Shown here in pieces: positions 1 through 9,623 of a stretch of 64,000 nucleotides of DNA. The notes under the pieces are model-generated. The model was given only the letters and a program-made list of their open reading frames with translations. It had not been told where the DNA came from and ran no database searches. Numbering within the stretch: position 1 is the stretch's first letter; every line of letters starts with the position of its first letter. Both the position numbers and the translations under genes were made by a program. The stretch spans positions 640-64,639 of the forward strand of contig CAILVY010000285.1 in NCBI GenBank assembly GCA_903837785.1, in the 5' to 3' direction. This DNA comes from Candidatus Hydrogenedentota bacterium. Its GTDB lineage: Bacteria > Hydrogenedentota > Hydrogenedentia > Hydrogenedentales > CAILVY01.

Positions 1-483
1 TTCCACGCGCTGCAGTCGTACCGCGCCGCGCATTACTTCTGGAACCATGAGCGGCAACACCTCGCCCTGTTCCTGCAGAGCCGCATTTCCGAGGTCTTCA
101 CAGTGGACATCCACCCGGCCGCGCGCATCGGCAAGGGCATCCTGATCGACCACGCGCACGGTTTGGTCATCGGCGAAACCGCGGTGGTCGCGAACAACGT
201 CTCCATGCTGCACAACGTGACGCTCGGCGGCACGGGCAAGGCCGTGGGCGACCGCCATCCGAAGATTCACGAGGGCGTTATGATCGGCGCCGGCGCGAAG
301 ATTCTGGGGAATGTCACTGTGGGCACGGGCTCGAAGATTGCCGCGGGCGCCGTCGTGCTTTCCGATGTGCCGCCGCACACGGCCATGGCGGGCGTGCCTG
401 CGCGGCCTGTGGGCAAGGTGCGCGCGGAGATCCCGGCCTTCGAGATGGATCAGTACTTCTATGAAAGCGGCGACGGGCTCTGA
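1..483 (+). CDS. cysE: Serine O-acetyltransferase (5' end outside window)
   Basis: Frame open from base 1 (FHALQSYRAAHYFW...); VDIHPAARIGKGILIDHAHGLVIGETA and VTLGGTGK...DRHPKI hexapeptide-repeat motifs. Confidence 0.95.
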   Translation, partial: FHALQSYRAAHYFWNHERQHLALFLQSRISEVFTVDIHPAARIGKGILIDHAHGLVIGETAVVANNVSMLHNVTLGGTGKAVGDRHPKIHEGVMIGAGAKILGNVTVGTGSKIAAGAVVLSDVPPHTAMAGVPARPVGKVRAEIPAFEMDQYFYESGDGL

Positions 484-516
484 GCGGCCGGCCGCACGAT
501 GAGGGAGGGACCCGGA

Positions 517-2826
517 ATGGCGACGAGGCATATGGCGGCGTGGATGGCCCTGTTGGTTGCGGGTACCGCATGGGCCGCCGGCATGGACGGGGCATCGTGG
601 GTCATGGGCGCGGAGGGCGCCAAGGAGAAGGGCATCCACGCGTTGGACGGCGGAGACGGATGCAGCATCGCCACGGAGAAAGGCGAGGTGCCCTGCCTGG
701 CCAACAAGCCTGAAACAACGCCCCCCTCCGCCTATCTCTACTTCGCCGTTTCCGAAGCCTTTTCCGCCAGTGTCGGCGGGCCGCTGTACGCCACGGTCAT
801 GTACTACGACGGCGCGCCCGGCGGATTGCTCACGTTCGAATACGACAGCGCCGGCGACGGCGGCCCGGAAGTGCTCTATCGCCAGAGCGACGATCAATGG
901 GGCGGGTGGTACTCGGGCTCGGGAAAATGGAAGAAGGCCGTCTTTCTGCTGGAGAAGCCCGGTTTCAAGAAGCGCCAGAACGGCGGCGCGGACTTCCGGC
1001 TCGGCGGGGCCGTGCTCGATATCTGCGAAGTGCGCTTCACAACCGACAAGCCGTCCACGCCGCCGGACGACGCCCTCGGCTTGGGGAAGCTGCGGCGCCT
1101 CGTCAAGATCGGCAAGGGCGGTGAACTCATTGTCGGCGGTTTCGACCCGGCGAAGCGGGGCGACGAGAAGCGGCAGGTGCGGGCGCTCCGGGGCGCCTTG
1201 TCCGGATTCAAGGCGCTGGGCGTCACGAGTCACGAAGGCTATGTCCGATGGAACCTGTGCGAGCCGGAGCAGGGGAAATACGACTGGAGCGTCTACGATC
1301 CCTTTGTCGAGGTCTACAAGAAGAACAAGCTGAAATGGGTGCCCTTCCTGATCGTCGGCTCGGCCTACAGCCTTCCGGACTGGTACTACAAGCAGCCGGG
1401 ATCGCAAGGCTACGTCTGTCTCGAACACGGAGAGCAGTCTGACGTCCAATCCCTTTGGAATCCCGCCCTGCGGGAGCATGTCGCGCGCTTCATCAAGGCC
1501 TTTTGCGAGCATTATCGCGACAGCGGCGTCATCGAGTCCATCCTCCTCGGCGTGACGGGCAATTACGGCGAGGCGATCTATATCGCGTCGGGCGACGATT
1601 GGACTTCCGACACGCACGGGAAGTACCACACGCATTCCGGCCTGTGGGCAGGCGATCCGTTCGCGGTGGAGAGTTTCAAGAAATGGCTTGGCGCGAAGTA
1701 TCCCGATCTGAATGCGCTCAACACGGCGTGGAAGGCGCAGCACGCTGATTTGAATGCGGTCAAGCCGTTCCTGAGGAAGGATGCGCCCAGCGATCGCGCC
1801 TGGCTCGATTTCTGCGAGTGGTACATCGGATCGATGACCGAGTTTTCGCGCTTCTGGCTTCAGGAGACGCGCAAGTCCTTCCCGAAGGGCGAGATCTACC
1901 TGTGCACCGGCGGGCACGCTCCCGCGGAACACGGCGCGGATTTCGGCGATCAGTGCAAGATCGCCGCCGAGATCGGCGGCGGCGTCCGGATCACCAACGA
2001 AGCCAGTGACTACAAGGCCAATTTCGCGTTGACGCGCTGGGTGGCTTCCGCGAGCAAACAGTACGGCGCCTATTGCAGCTTCGAGCCCGCCGGCGAAGTT
2101 AATGCGACGGGCGTCATCGCCCGCATCTACGGGGCGGCCGCCTCCGGGGCGCGGGGCCTTCACTATTACTACCCCAACCTCTTCGCGGGCGAGGAATCGT
2201 TCATGAGCTTCGCCCGGTGGGGGAAGCAGTTCAAACAGTACAAGCCTATAGTGGAAGTCGCGGTCTATTATCCCGAGACTTTCATCAAGCTGAGCGGAAC
2301 GGAATTCCTCAAAGTGCTGCATCCGTTGCGCGACTGTTTTGACTTCGATTACATGAGCGATCAACAAATCCTCGATGGCGGACTCGGCCGGGTGAAGTGT
2401 CTCATTCTTCTGCAGGGCAATGTCGCGGAAGCGCCGGTCTGGGAGAAGATCACCGCGTGGGTGCGGTCGGGCGGGCTCCTGGCGTACCCCGAAGGCATGG
2501 GCCGGCTGCGCACAGTGGAAGGCGACGAAGCCGCGCACACGGCATTGTTCGGCGATACGGCAGACTTGGGCGCGGGGCGCATTCTGAGCTTTGCGGGACA
2601 GGGCGACAACGCGGCCTACCGCGGGTTCCTTTCGCGGCGGCTGCCCGAGTCGAAGGAACTCTCGAAGGCCACCCGCGCGATGATTGCGGCGGACGGACAG
2701 GAAGACAACCTCTTTGTCAGCCTCGTGGCGCCGCACCGCCTGCTGTGGCTGAACTACACGAAGAATCCCGTCCGCAAAGGGCACAAGACCTTGCCGCCCT
2801 TTGCCATCGTCAAACAGCGTGTTTGA
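517..2826 (+). CDS. Secreted glycoside hydrolase, GH14/GH42-like TIM barrel with N-terminal beta-sandwich and C-terminal trimerisation-like domain
   Basis: Signal peptide (ALLVAGTAWA), AGGGAGGG RBS, YVRWNLCEPEQGKYDWS, SLPDW, GNYGEAIY, LNALNTAW motifs. Confidence 0.65.
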   Translation: MATRHMAAWMALLVAGTAWAAGMDGASWVMGAEGAKEKGIHALDGGDGCSIATEKGEVPCLANKPETTPPSAYLYFAVSEAFSASVGGPLYATVMYYDGAPGGLLTFEYDSAGDGGPEVLYRQSDDQWGGWYSGSGKWKKAVFLLEKPGFKKRQNGGADFRLGGAVLDICEVRFTTDKPSTPPDDALGLGKLRRLVKIGKGGELIVGGFDPAKRGDEKRQVRALRGALSGFKALGVTSHEGYVRWNLCEPEQGKYDWSVYDPFVEVYKKNKLKWVPFLIVGSAYSLPDWYYKQPGSQGYVCLEHGEQSDVQSLWNPALREHVARFIKAFCEHYRDSGVIESILLGVTGNYGEAIYIASGDDWTSDTHGKYHTHSGLWAGDPFAVESFKKWLGAKYPDLNALNTAWKAQHADLNAVKPFLRKDAPSDRAWLDFCEWYIGSMTEFSRFWLQETRKSFPKGEIYLCTGGHAPAEHGADFGDQCKIAAEIGGGVRITNEASDYKANFALTRWVASASKQYGAYCSFEPAGEVNATGVIARIYGAAASGARGLHYYYPNLFAGEESFMSFARWGKQFKQYKPIVEVAVYYPETFIKLSGTEFLKVLHPLRDCFDFDYMSDQQILDGGLGRVKCLILLQGNVAEAPVWEKITAWVRSGGLLAYPEGMGRLRTVEGDEAAHTALFGDTADLGAGRILSFAGQGDNAAYRGFLSRRLPESKELSKATRAMIAADGQEDNLFVSLVAPHRLLWLNYTKNPVRKGHKTLPPFAIVKQRV

Positions 2827-2832
2827 CGCGCG

Positions 2833-3876
2833 TTACGCGATCGCAATGGCCCGGCCGGTGCGCGCGGACTCGTAGCAAGCCGTCAGGATGAGCTGGCTTC
2901 GCACGCCGATTTCCGCGTCGGCCAGCACAGGGCTTCCATCAAGCAGCGCCTGGCTGAAGGCTTCAATCTCGGCGCGGTACATGTTCACGGGCTCGGGTGC
3001 GATGACGTGGCCGTCCCCGGCCGCCCGCGACTGCTGCGCGTCATAGCCGGCCCCACTGTTCTCGAGATAGGCCGTCATTTCGCCCGACATCCCCTGCCCG
3101 ATGGTTCCTTTCGCGAGAATGCTCCCCTGCGACCCATAGAGTTCCAGCAAGTTCTTGCTGCTGTTATCCGGGATGCAGAAGAACGTGTCCACTGAGCCCA
3201 ACGCGCCATTCTCAAAGCAGAGCATCGCCACCGCGCTGTCTTCCGCGGGATAGTCCTGCACCGTCGTGTTGATCAGGCAGGAGACGCGCGTCACGCGCCC
3301 GAAGAACATCTCGAGCAGGTCGATGCAGTGTCCGCCCATGTCGATGAGCGACCCGCCGCCGCCCAGTTCCGGCACTTGCCGCCATGCGCCCGGCATCGCG
3401 GGGTACCAGCAGGAGAGCTGCGCGCGGGCATACACCGGCTTGCCAAGCCTGCCTTCCTCGATGAGTTGCAGCGCGGCCCGGTGCTGCGCGTGGAAGCGCA
3501 TCATGAAGGCGCAGCCCAACTGCACGCCCGCCTGCTCGCACGCCGCGGTCATTTCGAGCGCTTCGCCCGGCGTCATGCCCAGCGGCTTTTCGCAAAGCAC
3601 GTGCTTTCCCTGGCGCGCACACGCCAGCACGTCCTCGAAATGCGCGTTGACCGGGCTCGCCACGTAGACCGCGTCCACGTCCGCTCCCAGCAGATCCTCG
3701 CGGTTCTGCGCCGCCCGCGCGCCGTACGCATTCGCCACTTCCTCGTTCGCCTGGCGGTTGACGTCGAAGACGGCCGCAAGCGCGGCGTTCGTGGCGGGCG
3801 CGATGCCCTCGGGAATGGTTCTGCGCCGCGCGATGCCCCCCGATCCAATCACCCCCCAGCGAATCTTCTCTGCCAT
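2833..3876 (-). CDS. Gfo/Idh/MocA family oxidoreductase
   Basis: GVIGSGGIA Rossmann motif, HVLCEKP, GGGSLIDMGGHCID. Confidence 0.92.
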   Translation of the reverse strand: MAEKIRWGVIGSGGIARRRTIPEGIAPATNAALAAVFDVNRQANEEVANAYGARAAQNREDLLGADVDAVYVASPVNAHFEDVLACARQGKHVLCEKPLGMTPGEALEMTAACEQAGVQLGCAFMMRFHAQHRAALQLIEEGRLGKPVYARAQLSCWYPAMPGAWRQVPELGGGGSLIDMGGHCIDLLEMFFGRVTRVSCLINTTVQDYPAEDSAVAMLCFENGALGSVDTFFCIPDNSSKNLLELYGSQGSILAKGTIGQGMSGEMTAYLENSGAGYDAQQSRAAGDGHVIAPEPVNMYRAEIEAFSQALLDGSPVLADAEIGVRSQLILTACYESARTGRAIAIA

Positions 3877-3933
3877 GTGCTGTCTCCCCGTGTTGTCCTG
3901 TGTCGGTCGCGCCGGCCGAGTCGCGGCGCGGTC

Positions 3934-4962
3934 CTATTCGAGATGAATCGTCTGCTGGCGCGTCGCCGAATCGTGCACCTCCTGGATCACCTGCATGTAG
4001 CGCATGCCATCCTCGAAGTTGGGATGATAGGGCGTTCCCTTGCGGATGGCATCCACGAAATCCTGCTCGACGCGCCAGTCCTTCACGTCATAAGCGTCTT
4101 CGGGGGCCACCTCGACGGGTTCCGGCGGGCTGCCGGGCCGGAGCGAATACAGCCGGTCTTCGCCCACCTCGTAGAGCAGCGAAGCCTTCGTTCCGTGTAT
4201 TTCGATGGCGTCGCGTCCGTTCGCGACCATGCCGCTGATCACGTATTGCACCACCACGCCGTGGTCCATGTCCGCGTTGAAGAGGAGTTGATCCGGAATG
4301 CGCATTTCAAGCGGGGAGTCCTGCGCATCGCGCCGCCACGGCGTGTATATCTGGGTCTGGGCCGTTACTGTGCGGGTCCAGCCGAACCAGCGGTGGATCA
4401 CCTCGACGTACATTCCGAGCGTGATCATGTTCAATCCGGAAAGCCGGTGATCCTTGCGCCAGGACAGCGGCGCGGCGGGGTCGATGTTGACCGGGCTCAG
4501 GCCCTGGACGCGCACGAGATGCACGTCGCCCAGTGCGCCCTCCCGCAGGAGGCGGCCGATGGTCCGATCCACGCTCAATCCGAACGGCACGGGGCAGAGG
4601 GCCGCCACTTTGCCCGATTGCTGCGCGGCTTCCAGCATCTCCCTGGCTTCGTAGAAATCCATCGCCATGCGCGCCTGGCAGAACACGTGTTTCCCGGAAT
4701 GCAGCGCGGCGATGCTGATGGGATGATGCATGTACGGCCACGTGCCGATGAATACCGCGTCGAGGTCGTCGCGGTTGACGAGTTCCTGCCACGAGCGGCA
4801 GATCTCGGGAATGGCCAGATCGCGTGCTACGGCTTCGCTCGAAGCCCAGGACCGGTTCACCACCGCGACGATTTCCACGTCGGGAATCTTGCGCAGGCCG
4901 GGCACATGCCGGTCGCGGCAAATGCCGCCCAAACCAACAAATCCAATACGCAACGGCTTCAT
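3934..4962 (-). CDS. Gfo/Idh/MocA family oxidoreductase
   Basis: RIGFVGLGGI, DAVFIGTWPYMH, KHVFCQARMA (variant EKP motif); ATG after GGAG RBS. Confidence 0.88.
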   Translation of the reverse strand: MKPLRIGFVGLGGICRDRHVPGLRKIPDVEIVAVVNRSWASSEAVARDLAIPEICRSWQELVNRDDLDAVFIGTWPYMHHPISIAALHSGKHVFCQARMAMDFYEAREMLEAAQQSGKVAALCPVPFGLSVDRTIGRLLREGALGDVHLVRVQGLSPVNIDPAAPLSWRKDHRLSGLNMITLGMYVEVIHRWFGWTRTVTAQTQIYTPWRRDAQDSPLEMRIPDQLLFNADMDHGVVVQYVISGMVANGRDAIEIHGTKASLLYEVGEDRLYSLRPGSPPEPVEVAPEDAYDVKDWRVEQDFVDAIRKGTPYHPNFEDGMRYMQVIQEVHDSATRQQTIHLE

Positions 4963-4998
4963 TTCGCCTTCTCCCGCGGCCACGTGCGTGGCCGGCCT

Positions 4999-5829
4999 TC
5001 AGGATGCGTGCTGTTTCGAGCGCAGAAAATCACGGAGTTTCGGGAGATTGTCGGCGTTCAGCAGGTCCACGCCCGCCTCGTACAATTCACTCCAGAATTC
5101 AAGGGATTGCGGCGTTCCGTAGAAGCGAATCCGCTGGCCGTGCGCGTGGGTCTTCGTCACGAGTTCCCGCAGTTTCGTCCGCTCCGCCTCGGGCATCGGG
5201 CCTTTGCCGAACCACTTGAACGCCGTCGGCCAATTCTCGCTGATGAGCGGCACCAGATTGGGGGAAGGCGCCGTCTCAATGTCGCCCAGGCGCCCGTCGA
5301 TGGCCGCCAGGCGCGACGCCTCCGCGGCGATCTGTTTCCGAGGCGAGGCGCCGCTGAGGATCACGGAAACGGCCTTGGCCTCCGTGCCCTCGTTCGTAAA
5401 CACGGTCAACATTTCCCTGTAGTGCTCGAGCACTTCGCGCAGCTTCGGCCAGGTATCCTCCGGCTCCGTCTTGAAGTCGATCAGCAGCGTCACCACCGGC
5501 CCGTTCGGGTAGACGCGTCCATGATTCCTCCTGACCCGGTCGAGCAGGGGATCGAGGTACAACTTCTGAAGCGTGTTGCCGGGCTTGATTTCCTTTTCGT
5601 GGTGGGCAACCAGCAGTTCGCCCTTGATCAGAAAGATGTCCGCTTCGATACTGCAGAAGCCGGCATCCAACGCGTCCAGCAGCGGATGCACGCGCGAGTA
5701 GTCGTTGTGGGAATGTGCGCGTTCGAGCGGCGCGGTGTTCTCGAGCGCCAGGCCTGTGCTGGCGCCGAGCAGGATCGCCGGGATTGCGAGCATGGGAATC
5801 CAGGATCTCACAACAGTTGCATGGGTCAT
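4999..5829 (-). CDS. Secreted PLC-like/GDPD-fold phosphodiesterase (AIM6-like)
   Basis: Signal peptide, AHSHNDY, SIEADI, LLIDFK motifs; GGGAGAGG RBS. Confidence 0.75.
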   Translation of the reverse strand: MTHATVVRSWIPMLAIPAILLGASTGLALENTAPLERAHSHNDYSRVHPLLDALDAGFCSIEADIFLIKGELLVAHHEKEIKPGNTLQKLYLDPLLDRVRRNHGRVYPNGPVVTLLIDFKTEPEDTWPKLREVLEHYREMLTVFTNEGTEAKAVSVILSGASPRKQIAAEASRLAAIDGRLGDIETAPSPNLVPLISENWPTAFKWFGKGPMPEAERTKLRELVTKTHAHGQRIRFYGTPQSLEFWSELYEAGVDLLNADNLPKLRDFLRSKQHAS

Positions 5830-5937
5830 AGCCTCTCCCTTTCTGACGAGGTCGCTCCATCTGTCCCGGCATGGACGGCACACCGGACCACAGTACCCCG
5901 TGGACGCGCCCGCGCGCAAGCAGTGGCCTCCCGACAG

Positions 5938-5973
5938 AAAACGAGCGGGGATCCCATGGGAGATCCCCGCTCG
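5938..5973 (-). terminator. Rho-independent terminator after pfk
   Basis: 12-bp stem CGAGCGGGGATC/GATCCCCGCTCG followed by TTTT on the minus strand. Confidence 0.7.
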
Positions 5974-5990
5974 CAGGCATCGAAATCCGG

Positions 5991-7205
5991 TTACTTGTTC
6001 AGAATCTTCGGGGCGCGCGGCGCATGAATGCGCTCATAGCGCGGCATGGGGCCGGTCAGCGGCCGCACGTAATCGACGAAAGTGGACGTTACGCCGTTGC
6101 CTTCCGCATTGATGTATTCGTCCGGCATCACACGCGAGTGCCGTGCGACGGTTTCCAGCGGCGTCAGGAAGTACTCGATGGCGTAATCGCCGATGCGGCG
6201 CATGGCCACGGACCCGTCCTGGTTGTGCCAAATCGCGTATTGGGCGGCCTTTTCGCCGACCTCGCGCGCCTCGAACTGATCCACTTCGCTGACGCAGCCA
6301 AGGAAACTGCGCTGGATGTACCCGAGCGTATCCGCGCGCACGCGCTTGATCTTCAGTTCCTGCGTCACCCAACCGCTCAGGAGATCGCCCAGGGCGCCGG
6401 TGCCCGAGAGACGCACGTTGCCGTGCGAATCGCGCTCCCCGCCCGTGAACTGCTCGATGATTGCCTTGCCGCTCGGGTCCACAATGCCTTCCGAGGCGGC
6501 CACGATGCAGCGGCCGTGCTTCTCGTAGGCGGCCTTGACATCCGCCAGGAACTGCTCTTTCGTCACCGGCCGTTCGGGCAGATAGATGAGGTGCGGGCCG
6601 TCATCCGGGTATTTCCGCGCCAGGATGGAGGAGGCGGTGAGGAAGCCCGCGTGCCGGCCCATGACGACGCCGATGTACACGCCGGGCAGCGCGCGGTTGT
6701 CGAGGTTGACGCCCGCGAAGGCCTGTGCGACGTATTTCGCGGCCGACCCGAAGCCCGGGCAGTGGTCCGTGACGCGCAGGTCGTTGTCGATGGTTTTTGG
6801 AACGTGGATGACACGGAGTTCATAGCCCGACTTGGCCGCTTCTTCGTTCACGATGCGGCACGTGTCCGCGCTGTCGTTTCCGCCGATGTAGAAGAAGTAG
6901 CGGATATTGTGGGCCTTCATGACCGTGAACATTTCCTGGCAATATTCGAGGCTCGGCTTGTCGCGCGTGGACATGAGCCCGGAGGACGGCGTGCCGGCCA
7001 CGGCTTCGAGATTGTGGGTCGTGGCTTCCGTCAGGTCGTAAAAGTCTTCTTTCTTTATGCCGCTCACGCCGTGAATCGCGCCGTAGACGTGCGTCACTTG
7101 CGGGTATTTGCGTGACTCGAGCACCGCGCCGATCAGGCTCTGGTTGATGACCGCGGTCGGCCCGCCGCCTTGCGCTACAAGGACTTTGCCTTCCAGTCGG
7201 GACAT
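5991..7205 (-). CDS. pfp: 6-phosphofructokinase, probably pyrophosphate-dependent
   Basis: AQGGGPTAVIN, GGNDS (Asp) and PKTIDND (Lys) PPi-type signature, MGRHAGFL, LGYIQR; AGGAG RBS. Confidence 0.88.
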   Translation of the reverse strand: MSRLEGKVLVAQGGGPTAVINQSLIGAVLESRKYPQVTHVYGAIHGVSGIKKEDFYDLTEATTHNLEAVAGTPSSGLMSTRDKPSLEYCQEMFTVMKAHNIRYFFYIGGNDSADTCRIVNEEAAKSGYELRVIHVPKTIDNDLRVTDHCPGFGSAAKYVAQAFAGVNLDNRALPGVYIGVVMGRHAGFLTASSILARKYPDDGPHLIYLPERPVTKEQFLADVKAAYEKHGRCIVAASEGIVDPSGKAIIEQFTGGERDSHGNVRLSGTGALGDLLSGWVTQELKIKRVRADTLGYIQRSFLGCVSEVDQFEAREVGEKAAQYAIWHNQDGSVAMRRIGDYAIEYFLTPLETVARHSRVMPDEYINAEGNGVTSTFVDYVRPLTGPMPRYERIHAPRAPKILNK

Positions 7206-7296
7206 TGCATCTCTCCTTAACAGTTGCACTAGGATAATTCGCCGTTGAGGCAACAACTTGGGGAAAGCGGATTATCTCACGGGCGCGGGCGCACGA

Positions 7297-8631
7297 TCAA
7301 ACCATCCTGTCGTCTCGCGCCGCGGCGGCATCCCCCCCGGGTCCGGCCCCCTCGTTTGACGCCGTCAGCGCAAAGGGCTCGTCCACCAGCGCCAGAATGC
7401 GCTGTGCGCTGCGCCGGCATCCTTGCACGGCATGGCGCTGATCCTCGTTGACCTCGCCCAATTCGTCATTGAGCAGCAGATCGCAGAATCCCAAAATGGC
7501 CGAGAGCGGCGACCGAATCCGCTGCGATAGCGTGTTGAAGAAGGCCCGCCGCAACTGATTCACCTGCTGCAGCTCGCGGTTGATCTGTTCCAGGCGCATC
7601 GTGGCCAGCCGGGCGGCTTCCTGAAGGTTCTTCTGCTGCGTGATATCGTGCATGATCGCCACGAAGAAGCGCTGCTCCGTGCGAATGAACGAACGCACCC
7701 GCAGCGAGACGTTCCGCTCTTCGCCGCTCGGCGTAATGACCAGCACTTCTCCGTGATACTCCCCGCGCGCGCGCAGGTTGGCCAGGCGGTTTGGCAGGGT
7801 GCCGTCGTCGAAGAGGTACGACCGGAAACGCTCGCCCAGCAGTTGCGTGCGCGAAACACCGAAGAACTCGCAGCCGCGTTCGTTCACGTCGGAGATGAAT
7901 TCATTGTCGTCATAAACCAGGATCGGCTCGGGCGTGCTGTCGAGGATCGCGCGGATCGTGGCGCGCGAAGACGCCAGCGCCTGTGCCTGGCTCTGCGCTT
8001 CGATGCGCATCCGGCGCAGCAGCCCGCCGAGGGCGCGGATGAGCAGGCCGGACAGGAAGATCACGCTGATTTGCAGGCCGATGGGCGGGTACGCCAGGCT
8101 GACACCCTCGACCAGCCAGCGCCCGAGCACCGTGAATGCGTAGGCGGAACACGTGATCATCGTGACGGACATCGCATTCAGGAAATGCGGCTCGTAGATG
8201 CAGTATCCGATGATGAACAGAACATAAACCAAGGCCAGCGGACTCTCCTCGCCGCCGGTCGAGCCGACGGCCAGCGACAAGGCGAACAGATGAAAGAGGA
8301 AATTGAACGGGCTCACGAAGAGGATGTACCGCTGGGTGTACAGGACCCAGTGGACAAAGGCGTTCTGGGCAAAGACCGCCAGCGCTATCGGCCACAGGTC
8401 GGGCATGTACGAAACATGAATGTCGAGCGCGTAGAGGCCCACGAGCAGGAAGACAATGAGATAACGCAGGACCTGCAAGGCCGATTCGATGGACAGCACC
8501 AGCGAGAGCCGGGCGTCCACGGCATCGCGCGGACTGGCCGGCGCAATCTCATCGAGCATGGCTTGGACGCTGCGTAGCATGAATGCACTGGAGCCCTGTC
8601 TTGACGGCCTGATCGCGCTGATTCGCCGCAT
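7297..8631 (-). CDS. Membrane PAS-domain protein with degenerate HisKA and no HATPase domain
   Basis: About 5-6 TM segments, PAS (ILDSTPEPILVYD...VNERGCEFFG...HDITQQK), coiled coil, SQRIRSPLSAILGF; start may be 8580. Confidence 0.75.
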   Translation of the reverse strand: MRRISAIRPSRQGSSAFMLRSVQAMLDEIAPASPRDAVDARLSLVLSIESALQVLRYLIVFLLVGLYALDIHVSYMPDLWPIALAVFAQNAFVHWVLYTQRYILFVSPFNFLFHLFALSLAVGSTGGEESPLALVYVLFIIGYCIYEPHFLNAMSVTMITCSAYAFTVLGRWLVEGVSLAYPPIGLQISVIFLSGLLIRALGGLLRRMRIEAQSQAQALASSRATIRAILDSTPEPILVYDDNEFISDVNERGCEFFGVSRTQLLGERFRSYLFDDGTLPNRLANLRARGEYHGEVLVITPSGEERNVSLRVRSFIRTEQRFFVAIMHDITQQKNLQEAARLATMRLEQINRELQQVNQLRRAFFNTLSQRIRSPLSAILGFCDLLLNDELGEVNEDQRHAVQGCRRSAQRILALVDEPFALTASNEGAGPGGDAAAARDDRMV

Positions 8632-8739
8632 TGAAGGCTAGTTCGTGCGGCAGAGGAATGATATCATACCGCGAAAGCCGGGTGACAGCTTGCCTGAACC
8701 AGGCACAGCTTGTGACAGCCGGACGGGGAGGGAGAACCG

Positions 8740-9315
8740 ATGCAGCATCCGTTCGAACGATTCACCGCGCGGCCTTTTCGCAGCGCCTATCTCTTCTTCC
8801 TTGCGGCCACGCTCGTGCTTGGGGGCGTGCTCGGCAGCATCGGCCAGACGTTTTCGGCCAAGCGCGATCCAGGGGGCGTATCGTACGATGTAGTCGCGTT
8901 CGAGCTGGCACACACCCCGCAACGGGCCGCACTTATCCTGTCCACCTGGGGTGAGGACGGCATCGCGGCCGCAAAGAAGAACACCCGGCTCGATTACCTT
9001 TTCCTGCTCTCATACTCGAACCTGATCGCCCTGGGCGTCGTGGCCCTGTATTCCAACCGCTCCTCGGGCGCCTGGGTGCTCCTCGGACGCTGCCTGGCCT
9101 GGGGGCAATGGATGGCCGCACTTCTCGACGCCCTTGAGAATACGGCCCTGCTGCGGGTGCTCGACGGGCACGCGGTCTCTCCTTGGCCCGAGCTGGCCTT
9201 CTACTGTGCGTCCGTCAAATTCGCCTTGGTTCTGGCCGCCCTGTTCTATCTCCTGGCCGCGCTGCCGCTGGCATTTCGGGCGCACGGCGCTGCGGATCGC
9301 GGGCTTCGCGTGTGA
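8740..9315 (+). CDS. Hypothetical membrane protein
   Basis: 4 hydrophobic segments, LDYLFLLSY and LLDALEN motifs; GGGAGGGAG RBS. Confidence 0.75.
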   Translation: MQHPFERFTARPFRSAYLFFLAATLVLGGVLGSIGQTFSAKRDPGGVSYDVVAFELAHTPQRAALILSTWGEDGIAAAKKNTRLDYLFLLSYSNLIALGVVALYSNRSSGAWVLLGRCLAWGQWMAALLDALENTALLRVLDGHAVSPWPELAFYCASVKFALVLAALFYLLAALPLAFRAHGAADRGLRV

Positions 9316-9364
9316 TGGCCGGACCCAGGGACGCGGCGGCGGGGATTCGGGTTCGGATCGCGCA

Positions 9365-9440
9365 CACAAACTATATGCCCGTCCCGGCTTGCCGCTTTCC
9401 AGGACGGGCATCCCTAAGAGGAAGGAATTTTCACTGTTTC
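9365..9440 (-). ncRNA. Candidate small RNA
   Basis: -10-like TGTGGTATAAACT (9457-9445), CU-rich segment, 13-bp hairpin with a G-U pair valid only on the minus strand. Confidence 0.3.
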
Positions 9441-9545
9441 AACTAGTTTATACCACAAATCGCCCGGGGGCACCAGTGTGTTTTTCCCGCGCCGCCGGGG
9501 TTTCCTCGGAAGCCGGAGGGGGCATCGCCGCGCTTCGCGCTCCCG

Positions 9546-9607
9546 AAAAAGAAGATGGACTCCGGGGGGCGCCGTTTTGATCGGCGCCGCACGGCCGGAG
9601 TCCATCT
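9546..9607 (-). terminator. Rho-independent terminator of the acs-OFA unit
   Basis: 13-bp stem AGATGGACTCCGG/CCGGAGTCCATCT, inner GGCGCCG stem, then TCTTTTT on the minus strand. Confidence 0.8.
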
Positions 9608-9623
9608 GCAAATCGGCGCGCGA

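Noticed and set aside
3328-6027. 899-aa plus-strand ORF, and similar long ORFs at 25179-28544, 33381-36695, 44745-47996, 47656-50166 and 60151-62637
   Set aside because: Antisense shadows of well-supported genes in high-GC DNA; Arg/His-rich with no recognisable motifs
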